The notes under the pieces were generated by a model that searched no databases, had not been told where the DNA came from, and saw only the letters and a list, made by a program, of their open reading frames with translations. From NCBI GenBank assembly GCA_039794085.1, contig JBDIWC010000088.1:1-11026 (forward strand): a DNA stretch of 11,026 nucleotides, read 5' to 3'. Source of the DNA: Gemmatimonadales bacterium. GTDB taxonomy: Bacteria > Gemmatimonadota > Gemmatimonadetes > Gemmatimonadales > GWC2-71-9. Below, one piece after another: positions 1 to 6,064 of this stretch. Position 1 is the first letter of the stretch. The number at the start of each line of letters is the position of its first letter. The position numbers were made by a program, and so were the translations under genes.

Positions 1-45
1 CCGGTACTTGTCAAATCCGGCCTCGGACAGGGTCAGCTGCGACAT
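1..45 (-). CDS. IS5-family (IS5 subgroup) transposase, N-terminal fragment; runs off the left edge of the window
   Basis: Hand translation of the minus strand from ATG at 45 gives MSQLTLSEAGFDKYR, matching the MxQxTxxxxxF/YxxxRKxTRRExFL N-terminus of IS5-subgroup transposases. A GGAG RBS lies at 56-53, 7 nt upstream. Too short for the ORF track. Confidence 0.8.
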   Translation of the reverse strand, partial: MSQLTLSEAGFDKYR

Positions 46-124
46 GGGTACGCTCCAACGCAAAGGGCACAATGGGTGAGAAAGGACTCACTCCTATTAC
101 GTTGCGGAATTGATCAGAGTTTCC
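1..124 (-). mobile_element. Left end of an IS5-family insertion sequence; terminal IR about 109-124, probable target site CTAT at 125-128
   Basis: The reverse complement of 109-124 is GGAAACTCTGATCAAT, a GGAA-initiated end typical of IS5-subgroup IRs, lying 79 nt upstream of the transposase ATG. The flanking tetramer CTAT/ATAG resembles the YTAR target consensus. The partner IR is outside the window. Confidence 0.75.
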
Positions 125-141
125 CTATCATCTTCCAACGA

Positions 142-161
142 CAACCCATGGTCGCCCCGAC
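142..161. repeat. Degenerate half copy of the GTAG-type REP-like element seen at 7662-7689
   Basis: CAACCCATGG-TCGCCCCGAC aligns to CGACCCGTGGGTCGCCCCTAC (7669-7689) at 17 of 20 positions with one gap. Confidence 0.45.
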
Positions 162-179
162 AGGATCCTGACCCTCACG

Positions 180-234
180 CCCTATTCCCGATTATTCCCG
201 CTACCCTATTCCCGACTCCCTATTCCCGACTCCC
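180..234. repeat. Heptamer tandem array (alternating CCCTATT/CCCGACT) overlapping the lipoprotein stop codon
   Basis: CCCTATT CCCGATT ATT CCCGCTA CCCTATT CCCGACT CCCTATT CCCGACT CCC, read directly. The TAG stop of the 220..2268 gene (222-220) lies inside it. Confidence 0.85.
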
Positions 235-2268
235 ACCCGCGCCCCCACGGTCACCCCGAAGAACGGTCAGCCCCTGCCCCACCGCGCGCACCTCCTGCCC
301 ATCGCTCTGGGCCCCGAGCAGGAAACCGTCGATCGTGCGCGCCGACACGACCCAGGTCCCGCCATCGAACCGGAGGATCACGCCCTCCTCACCCACGGCC
401 ACCACGTCGGTGGGGCCGGTACCGGTCACCGCCCGCAGTTCCAGCTCGACGGGGCTTGGCATCACGAACCATCGAATGCCGTCGAACCGGAGGATCACTC
501 CCTCCTCACCCACGGCGAAGAGATCGTCGGCGGCGGTGCCCCAGACGCCGCGTAGCCGCATGGTGACCGGCGACACCATCACGCTCCACCGCATTCCATC
601 GTACCGGAGGATGATCCCCTCATCGCCCACGGCCCAGATCCGGTCGGGCCCCAGGCCGAACACGTGCCGCAGGAAGAGAGTGGTGGGAGACGGTACCGTC
701 TCCCAGGTTCCATTGCGCCGCTGCATGATCCGTCCCCCCTCACCGACGATGACCGCATCACCACCCTGATCGATCCAGACGCTTCGCCAGAGAGTCGGAA
801 TCGACGTCACCGGGGGAATGGGAGACCACACCGCCCCATCGAACCGAAGCAGGGTGCTGGAATCCCCCACCGCGATCAGCTCGTTCCCCCCCCCCGGTCC
901 CGCCGCGAGCCCGAAGATCGCCTCGGTCGTGGGAGCGGGAAGCCGGATCCACCCGCCGCCACTCACGTCCCGTTTCAGCACCATGCCCGCCACCCCGGCC
1001 GCGAACCACTCCCCTGATCCATTCACCGTGGCGGTGAAGAGATCGTTCCCCCGCAATTCCGTCTCCCAGATTGACCCGCCTCGCCGCCGAGCGATGGAAG
1101 CACTCCACCCCGCGACCACGAGGTTGCCCGACGCATCGGAGTCCGCAGCGCGCAGGTTGTCCACCGTGGCATCCTGCGGGACCAGGGTCCAGGTCGTCCC
1201 GGTGAAGCGAAGCACCACGCCACGGTTCCCCACCGCGGCGAGCCGTCCCGGGCCGTCCCCCGTCACCGCGAAGAGGTTGGTGGGTGTCGGGCTCGGGGAG
1301 AGGGTCCAGTCGGCGCCGTCGAAGCGAAGGAGCGTTCCGTTCACTCCGGCCGCCCAGATCTCTCCCGTGTGGATTCCGTGCACTCCGAAGAGCCCGAGCG
1401 ACGTGGGGCTTGGCATGACCGCCCAGGCGATACCGTCGAAGTGCAGCAGTCGGCCGTTCTGACCCACGGCGTGCAGGTTGGAAGGATCCGTCCCCCAGAT
1501 TCCCCATATTTCATGGGATCCCGGAGGGAGTGGCATCGGCTGCCAGGACACTCCATCAAAGGCGAGAATCACGTCGACCCCGGTGGCCCAGACCCGATCC
1601 GGACCCAGCCCCCAGACGCCGAGGAGCGTGTTGGGGACAGGGACGGGAACGGCGGACCAGGTGAGCCCGTCGAAATGGAGGACGGTGCCGCTGTCACCCA
1701 CGGCCCAGACGTCATCATCGGCGGCGCCCCATACGCCGGTCAGGATCACCGACGCCGGCGATGGCACCGTCTCCCAGACACCTGCCGAGCCGTGCAGAAT
1801 CGTCCCCTCGGATCCGACGGCCACGGTGAGGTTCTCTCCGGCCCAGACCCCGAGCAGGGAGGCGTTGGAGATGGCTCCGGATTCGGTGCTCCATCCCGTC
1901 AGTGCCGGAACCGGAGGAAGCACGGTGACACGCGCGGGGAGGATGCGCCCGAAGAGAGACGCCTCGAGCGTCGCCTCCCCGATGCCGGCTCCGGTCACCA
2001 GCCCATTGGCCGACACCGTGACGACGGCGGGCGTGCGGCTGGTCCAGGAAACCTGCGCCGGGTCGATCGGCACCGGCCGGTCGGCCTCGTCCCGGGCGTC
2101 GATCGTGAGGCGCGTGGTCCCGCCGAGAGGAATGAAGGCACGGCCCGGCACCACCGCGAGAGTGGCGACCTCGGAGGGAAGCAGCGGCCCGAGGGGAGCG
2201 TTGTCGCTGCAGGACATGGTGAGGGCAATGCCGGCCCACACCAGCCATGGCCCCCTGCGGAGGATCAT
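220..2268 (-). CDS. Putative lipoprotein with an N-terminal Ig-like (Big_2-type) domain and 14 repeats of about 39 aa (probable tandem 7-bladed beta-propellers, BNR/Ycf48-like)
   Basis: 682-aa ORF. Signal peptide ends LTMS-C20 (non-canonical lipobox). It has the Big_2-like motif VSWTSRTPAVVTVSANGLVTGAGIGEATLEAS and 14 counted repeats of LxGVWGxxxxxVWAVGxxGxILxFDGxxW. The start overlaps the SDR stop (ATGA, 2268-2265). Confidence 0.85.
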   Translation of the reverse strand: MILRRGPWLVWAGIALTMSCSDNAPLGPLLPSEVATLAVVPGRAFIPLGGTTRLTIDARDEADRPVPIDPAQVSWTSRTPAVVTVSANGLVTGAGIGEATLEASLFGRILPARVTVLPPVPALTGWSTESGAISNASLLGVWAGENLTVAVGSEGTILHGSAGVWETVPSPASVILTGVWGAADDDVWAVGDSGTVLHFDGLTWSAVPVPVPNTLLGVWGLGPDRVWATGVDVILAFDGVSWQPMPLPPGSHEIWGIWGTDPSNLHAVGQNGRLLHFDGIAWAVMPSPTSLGLFGVHGIHTGEIWAAGVNGTLLRFDGADWTLSPSPTPTNLFAVTGDGPGRLAAVGNRGVVLRFTGTTWTLVPQDATVDNLRAADSDASGNLVVAGWSASIARRRGGSIWETELRGNDLFTATVNGSGEWFAAGVAGMVLKRDVSGGGWIRLPAPTTEAIFGLAAGPGGGNELIAVGDSSTLLRFDGAVWSPIPPVTSIPTLWRSVWIDQGGDAVIVGEGGRIMQRRNGTWETVPSPTTLFLRHVFGLGPDRIWAVGDEGIILRYDGMRWSVMVSPVTMRLRGVWGTAADDLFAVGEEGVILRFDGIRWFVMPSPVELELRAVTGTGPTDVVAVGEEGVILRFDGGTWVVSARTIDGFLLGAQSDGQEVRAVGQGLTVLRGDRGGAGGSRE

Positions 2269-3137
2269 CCTCGTGGCTGCGCGAGCCGGGCCATCACCGA
2301 GCGGACCAGCCGGTCATGCCAGCGATCGGGAAGATGGCGGAGGAGGCTCCGGATCTTGGCATCCCGCCCGATGAGGTAGCGGGTTTTCGGCCGGGGCGCC
2401 GTGAGGGCGTGGACCACCGCCTCCGCCACAACATCCACCCCGACTCCCCGGCGCCGCGGATGGGTCACCACGCGCTCCAGGGCCCGGAAGAGCGGGTCAT
2501 ATCGGGTGATCGCCTCGGGGGACAATTGCTCCCGCAGGGTTGCGACTTCGGAGGCCCCCTTGTCCCAGATCGGAGTTCGCACCATCCCCGGTTCCACCAC
2601 CGACACCTCGATTCCGTCCGGCGCGAGTTCCAGCCGCAGGGCATCGGTCATCGCCTCGACCGCGAACTTGCTGGCGCTGTAGGCGCCGAGCAGGGGCGAC
2701 ACAACCCTCCCCGCGATGGAGCCGATGTTGACCACCCGTCCGCGCGCCGTGCGGAGGGCCGGCACCGCCGCCTGGGTCACCGCCAGCAACCCGAACACGT
2801 TGATCTCCAATTGGCGGCGGAAGGTCTCCATCGGAATGCACTCCAGGGGGGACACCAGGGCCACCCCCGCATTGTTCACCAGCCCGGCGAGTCCCCGGGT
2901 CCCCGCGATCCGGTCCACTTCGGCCATGGCAGCCCGTACCTGCCCCGGTTCGGTCACGTCGAGTGGAATCCATCGGAACCGGGGAGACGTCTGCCCCGCC
3001 AGTCGCTCCCCATCCTCCCTCCGGCGGACTCCGCCCACCACCTCGAAGCCGAGCCGGTCGAGGTGGAGGGCGCACGATTCTCCGATGCCGGTGGAACTCC
3101 CGGTCACCAGGACCACTCCGCGCGAGGCTGTTGTCAT
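2265..3137 (-). CDS. Short-chain dehydrogenase/reductase (classical SDR, retinol/17-beta-HSD-like, probably NADP(H)-preferring)
   Basis: Motifs TGSSTGIG (TGxxxGxG), LVNNAG, NIGS, YSASK (YxxxK) and VEPGMVRT; basic residues (VRRR) after beta-2. Start placed at ATG 3137 (MTTASRGVVLVTG, 290 aa); the track start at 3173 is an alternative. Confidence 0.93.
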   Translation of the reverse strand: MTTASRGVVLVTGSSTGIGESCALHLDRLGFEVVGGVRRREDGERLAGQTSPRFRWIPLDVTEPGQVRAAMAEVDRIAGTRGLAGLVNNAGVALVSPLECIPMETFRRQLEINVFGLLAVTQAAVPALRTARGRVVNIGSIAGRVVSPLLGAYSASKFAVEAMTDALRLELAPDGIEVSVVEPGMVRTPIWDKGASEVATLREQLSPEAITRYDPLFRALERVVTHPRRRGVGVDVVAEAVVHALTAPRPKTRYLIGRDAKIRSLLRHLPDRWHDRLVRSVMARLAQPRG

Positions 3138-3210
3138 GGGCCGAAGGAAAGGCACCGGTCCGGGCAGGGTCAAGCCTCGATATCCAGACTCCCTGAAAGT
3201 GGCCGATGTT

Positions 3211-3278
3211 TGTCATTCCCGCGAGCGCGGGAATCCAGGCCCGGGTGGGAATGGACCCCGGCGTCCGCCGGGGTGACG
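3211..3278. repeat. Inverted dimer of 27-nt CGTC-type REP-like palindromes (3211-3237 on +, 3252-3278 on -)
   Basis: TGTC-ATTCCCGCG-AG-CGCGGGAAT-CCA and, reverse-complemented, CGTC-ACCCCGGCG-GA-CGCCGGGGT-CCA, with a 14-nt spacer. The first copy contains ATTCCC-N8-GGGAAT (the Neisseria dRS3 pattern). Confidence 0.85.
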
Positions 3279-3307
3279 TTTCTTGGAGCGGTTGATTCCG
3301 GAGCCCG

Positions 3308-3324
3308 GGCGAACGCCGTTCGCC
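3308..3324. repeat. Short perfect hairpin, possibly the core of a decayed GTAG-type REP
   Basis: GGCGAAC-GCC-GTTCGCC, a 7-bp stem. It shares GGCGA...TCGCC arms with the 7662-7689 element but lacks the GTAG end. Confidence 0.45.
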
Positions 3325-3326
3325 GC

Positions 3327-3361
3327 TTCTCACTCCTCACTTCTCACTCCTCACTCCTCGC
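3327..3361. repeat. Heptamer tandem array TYCTCAC x5
   Basis: TTCTCAC TCCTCAC TTCTCAC TCCTCAC TCCTCGC, read directly. Confidence 0.9.
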
Positions 3362-3364
3362 CCT

Positions 3365-3413
3365 GTGTCATTCTGACACGCTGCGTCGTCCTCAAAGTGT
3401 GTCATTTCGCAAC
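3365..3413. promoter_or_regulatory. Tandem transcription-factor sites (candidate upstream activating sequences for a sigma-54 enhancer-binding protein)
   Basis: Perfect palindrome GTGTCA-TTC-TGACAC (3365-3379) and a second imperfect copy GTGTCA-TTT-CGCAAC (3399-3413), 34 bp apart. Centres lie about 130 and 96 bp upstream of the predicted sigma-54 start. Confidence 0.6.
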
Positions 3414-3435
3414 CGGGGCCCGCGCGTGGAAGATG

Positions 3436-3460
3436 TAACATGCTTTGAAGCAAGACGTTG
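3436..3460. promoter_or_regulatory. Candidate IHF-binding site
   Basis: AAGCAAGACGTTG (3448-3460) matches WATCAANNNNTTR with one mismatch. It sits in a quasi-palindrome TAAC-N17-GTTG between the enhancer sites and the -24/-12 element. Confidence 0.5.
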
Positions 3461-3475
3461 CGGTTGAGGGACTCA

Positions 3476-3491
3476 CGGCATGCTCCATGCA
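3476..3491 (+). promoter_or_regulatory. Sigma-54 (RpoN) -24/-12 promoter for the downstream lipoprotein gene
   Basis: CGGCATG-CTCC-ATGCA versus consensus TGGCACG-N4-TTGCW. The invariant GG (3477-3478)-N10-GC (3489-3490) spacing is exact. Predicted +1 near 3502. Confidence 0.65.
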
Positions 3492-3576
3492 AAAAGGGAA
3501 CGTTCCCGCCGAAAGTGTCGTATGGGGGTCAGTGGCGGGTTCGAGTGCCGTTTCTTGCAGGTCAGGAGGTCGTATC

Positions 3577-4068
3577 ATGTTTGCGCAGAGGGCGGTGGCG
3601 TCCATCATGACACTCGCGGTCGTTCTGGTCGCGGCGTGCAGCGACAGCACCGGCCCCACCGATCCCCAGACCGAGCTCAACGTGAACCGGGCGCTCTGGA
3701 ACCGGTCCGGGATCGTGAGCTACCGGATGACCATGATCCGCACCATCGGGAGTGACGATCCCGCGATGGCGAGTCTGGTCGGCACCACCCCGGTCCTGAT
3801 CGAGGTCCGGGATGGCCAGGTGGAGCAGCGGGTCTTCGCCACGAGCGGGATTCCCCTCGGCGACCAGTTCGCCCCGACCTTCCCCGCCGTGCCGGGGCTC
3901 TTCGACCGCATCCAGCAGGCCATCGATCAGCAGGCGATCGGCCTCGCGGTGCGTTACGACGCAACCTACGGATTTCCCGTCTCCATCCAGATCGATGTCC
4001 TGGCCGGCGCGGGGGATGAGGAGACGATTCGCGTCATCGAATTCGGGAAGATCGAAAGTGAAGTTTGA
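3577..4068 (+). CDS. Lipoprotein, DUF6174-like
   Basis: Strong RBS AGGAGGT at 3564-3570 before ATG 3577 (163 aa). Lipobox VAA-C21. Motifs NRALWNRSGIVSY, VEVRDG-like IEVRDGQV and YDATYGFPVSIQID...DEE resemble DUF6174 as recalled; not searched. Confidence 0.8.
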   Translation: MFAQRAVASIMTLAVVLVAACSDSTGPTDPQTELNVNRALWNRSGIVSYRMTMIRTIGSDDPAMASLVGTTPVLIEVRDGQVEQRVFATSGIPLGDQFAPTFPAVPGLFDRIQQAIDQQAIGLAVRYDATYGFPVSIQIDVLAGAGDEETIRVIEFGKIESEV

Positions 4069-4136
4069 AGTTTGAAGTTTGAAGTTCGAAGGGTGGACTT
4101 CCTCCTTCAAACTTCAAACTTCGAACTTCAAACTTC
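4060..4136. repeat. Inverted pair of heptamer arrays (GAAGTTY)x4-GAAGG / CCTTC-(RAACTTC)x4 between convergent genes; possible bidirectional terminator or mRNA-stabilising hairpin
   Basis: Arms 4060-4092 and 4104-4136 (33 nt each; 31 Watson-Crick pairs, 1 G-U, 1 mismatch) with an 11-nt loop. It contains the lipoprotein TGA (4066-4068) and ends 2 nt from the ETF-QO stop. Confidence 0.9.
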
Positions 4137-4138
4137 CC

Positions 4139-5794
4139 CTACATCATCCGGTACTTCGGCCCGCTCCCACCCTCCCGCGGAGTCCAGCGCGGCCCCAGCA
4201 CATCCGTGGCCTTGCAGTCCACACAGTTCGGTGGATTGACCCGCAGTTCGTCTCCCACCCTTTCGTACACTCCGGCCGGGCAGACGTGGCTGTAGAAGTC
4301 CGCCACCTCCCCTGACACATCCTTCCCCACCACGAGATGGGAGGGGATCGTGTCGCGGGTGGCGTTCCCCGACTTGAACACCGCGTCGAGCTTGCTGAAG
4401 GTGAGAGCGTTGTCCGGAACCAGCGCCGGCGCGTTCGTGACCGTCTTCGGCGCCTCGGCATCGGCGTGCATTGCGATCCGCCCGCCGGGGAACCGTCCTC
4501 CGGTCACGGTCATGAGGCCCGCCTTGACCGACCCCGCCAGGAAGCCGTCGCGGAAGGCGAGGCGGACATTGCGGGTGCGGTACATGTCCCGGGCGATGTA
4601 GCTCTCGTTCACCAGACGATCGTAGGCCGAGAGGGAGCTGCTGGAGAGGTCGTCGCGCTTCAGGCTCTCAAAGATGGCCCGGGCGGCATGGATGCCCGAC
4701 TGGATCGCGTAGTGGATCCCCTTGAGAGAGGGCACGTCCACGAAACCCGCCGCGTCCCCCACCACGACGCACCCGTCACTCACCCGGCGTTCGGGGAGGG
4801 AGTACCAGCCCCCTTCCGGAATCGTTTTGGCACCCCATTCGAGGAGCGTTCCTCCCTCGAGATACGGGCGGAGGAGGGGATGGAGCTTGAGACGCTGGAG
4901 CAGATCGTGCACGTCGAGCCCGCTCTGCCGGTAGTCGAGACCCACCACGAGACCAAGGGCGATCCTCCCCTCTCCCTGCGGATAGACGAAGCTCCCACCG
5001 AAGGCGTCGTTCGGCAGGGGCCACCCCATGGTGTGGATCACCCGGTCGAGAGGCGTTTTCGTCTCCCACACTTCCTTGACCCCGAGCGCAAAGATCTGCG
5101 GGTTGGCCGAGGTGACCCCCTGCCACTGCTGCCACGCCTGGGACAGCGCCCCGCGGGTGCCTTCCGACAGCACCGTCACGCGCGCGGTGAGATCGGTCCC
5201 CGGGGTGTGATCGGATCCCGGCTCCCCGTTCCGGTCGAGGCCCGAGGGGGTGGTTCGCGCGCCCGTCACCCGCTTCCCGTCGGCCAGAAGGGCCTCGACC
5301 GGAAACCCGGTGAAAATGTTCACTCCGAGTGATTCAGCCTCCGCGCCCAACCAGCGGACCAGTTCACAGAGGGAGGCGCTGAAGTTCCCGTGGTTCCTCA
5401 TCGTGGGCGGAGTCGGGATCCGCAGCGCCCGGGACTCGGTCAGGTAGTACACCGATTCCGAGGTCACCGGGCCCCGGAAGGGGAAGTCGGAGAGGGGACG
5501 CCCGGGAAAGAGCTCCTGGAGCGAGCGGGGATTGACGATGGCGCCGGAGAGGTTGTGCTCACCGAGGCTTTCGGCCTTTTCCAGCACACCGATCTCCAGC
5601 CCGCCAAGGGTGCCGCCCGCCTCTCCATCGGCCCGGGCGAGACAGGCCAGCTCGATCGCTCCCGCGAGCCCCGCCGGCCCGGCACCAACAAAGAGGACAT
5701 CCATCGGGATCGCCTCTTCGCCGGGCGCCTCCGGGAGGATCAGACGGTCGACCGGCAGCGCGGGCTGGTGACGAATCGGAAGCAACGTGGACAC
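4139..5794 (-). CDS. Electron transfer flavoprotein-quinone oxidoreductase (ETF-QO/ETF dehydrogenase)
   Basis: FAD motif DVLFVGAGPAGLA, plus LEKA...HNLSGA, ALGVKEVW, HTMGWPL, WGAKTIPEGG, GDAAGFVDVPSLKGIHYAI and a C-terminal CPAGVYE...NCVDCK...EGGSGPKY. Start moved to GTG 5794 (AAGGAG RBS at 5807-5802; 551 aa). Confidence 0.95.
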   Translation of the reverse strand: MSTLLPIRHQPALPVDRLILPEAPGEEAIPMDVLFVGAGPAGLAGAIELACLARADGEAGGTLGGLEIGVLEKAESLGEHNLSGAIVNPRSLQELFPGRPLSDFPFRGPVTSESVYYLTESRALRIPTPPTMRNHGNFSASLCELVRWLGAEAESLGVNIFTGFPVEALLADGKRVTGARTTPSGLDRNGEPGSDHTPGTDLTARVTVLSEGTRGALSQAWQQWQGVTSANPQIFALGVKEVWETKTPLDRVIHTMGWPLPNDAFGGSFVYPQGEGRIALGLVVGLDYRQSGLDVHDLLQRLKLHPLLRPYLEGGTLLEWGAKTIPEGGWYSLPERRVSDGCVVVGDAAGFVDVPSLKGIHYAIQSGIHAARAIFESLKRDDLSSSSLSAYDRLVNESYIARDMYRTRNVRLAFRDGFLAGSVKAGLMTVTGGRFPGGRIAMHADAEAPKTVTNAPALVPDNALTFSKLDAVFKSGNATRDTIPSHLVVGKDVSGEVADFYSHVCPAGVYERVGDELRVNPPNCVDCKATDVLGPRWTPREGGSGPKYRMM

Positions 5795-5862
5795 CGAGGG
5801 ACTCCTTGAATGAGCAAACGGGAAGAGGGAAACATAATCCACCACACCGGGTCTCGGCACCC

Positions 5863-5887
5863 TAACCCATTGCCAGGTAAGGTGTTT
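5863..5887. promoter_or_regulatory. IHF-like quasi-palindrome in the divergent ETF-QO/symporter promoter region
   Basis: TAAC-CCA-TT-GCCAGGT-AA-GGT-GTTT has the same 25-bp layout as 3436-3460. TAACCCATTG fits the YAANNNNTTG half of the IHF consensus. Confidence 0.3.
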
Positions 5888-6064
5888 CACTCATGGACGG
5901 AAGGCCTCCCGCCGCCGCGGTCGGTGGGGCCCTTGTGCATGTGCTGGCATCCGGGAACGTCTCTCGCAATATTGGGTGACTCGCTGGATGCATCATGCTG
6001 TCCCCGGTCGATCCCGATCGTGTCGCGCAGTCTGTGAGCCGTTCACTCCAACAGTCGAGATCTC

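Noticed and set aside
3445..3576. N-terminal extension of the DUF6174-like ORF
   Set aside because: It overlaps the promoter motifs. The signal peptide and the AGGAGGT RBS define ATG 3577.
4060..4136. CRISPR array or classical rho-independent terminator
   Set aside because: Units are 7 nt with no spacers and there are no cas genes. The stem is AT-rich and long, with no following U-tract.
5795..5890. N-terminal extension of ETF-QO
   Set aside because: An AAGGAG RBS 7 nt before GTG 5794 gives a better start, and the extension shows no family features.
5937..5998. Possible stem GCATG/GCATCC...GGATGC/CATGC in the symporter leader
   Set aside because: Short interrupted arms that are compatible with chance in GC-rich DNA; no recognisable RNA family.
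5808..6064. Glycine riboswitch upstream of the AGCS symporter
   Set aside because: Plausible by context, but the conserved GGAGA...CCGAAG...CTCAGG core could not be found; only CCAGGTAA loosely resembles it. An Rfam scan would be decisive.
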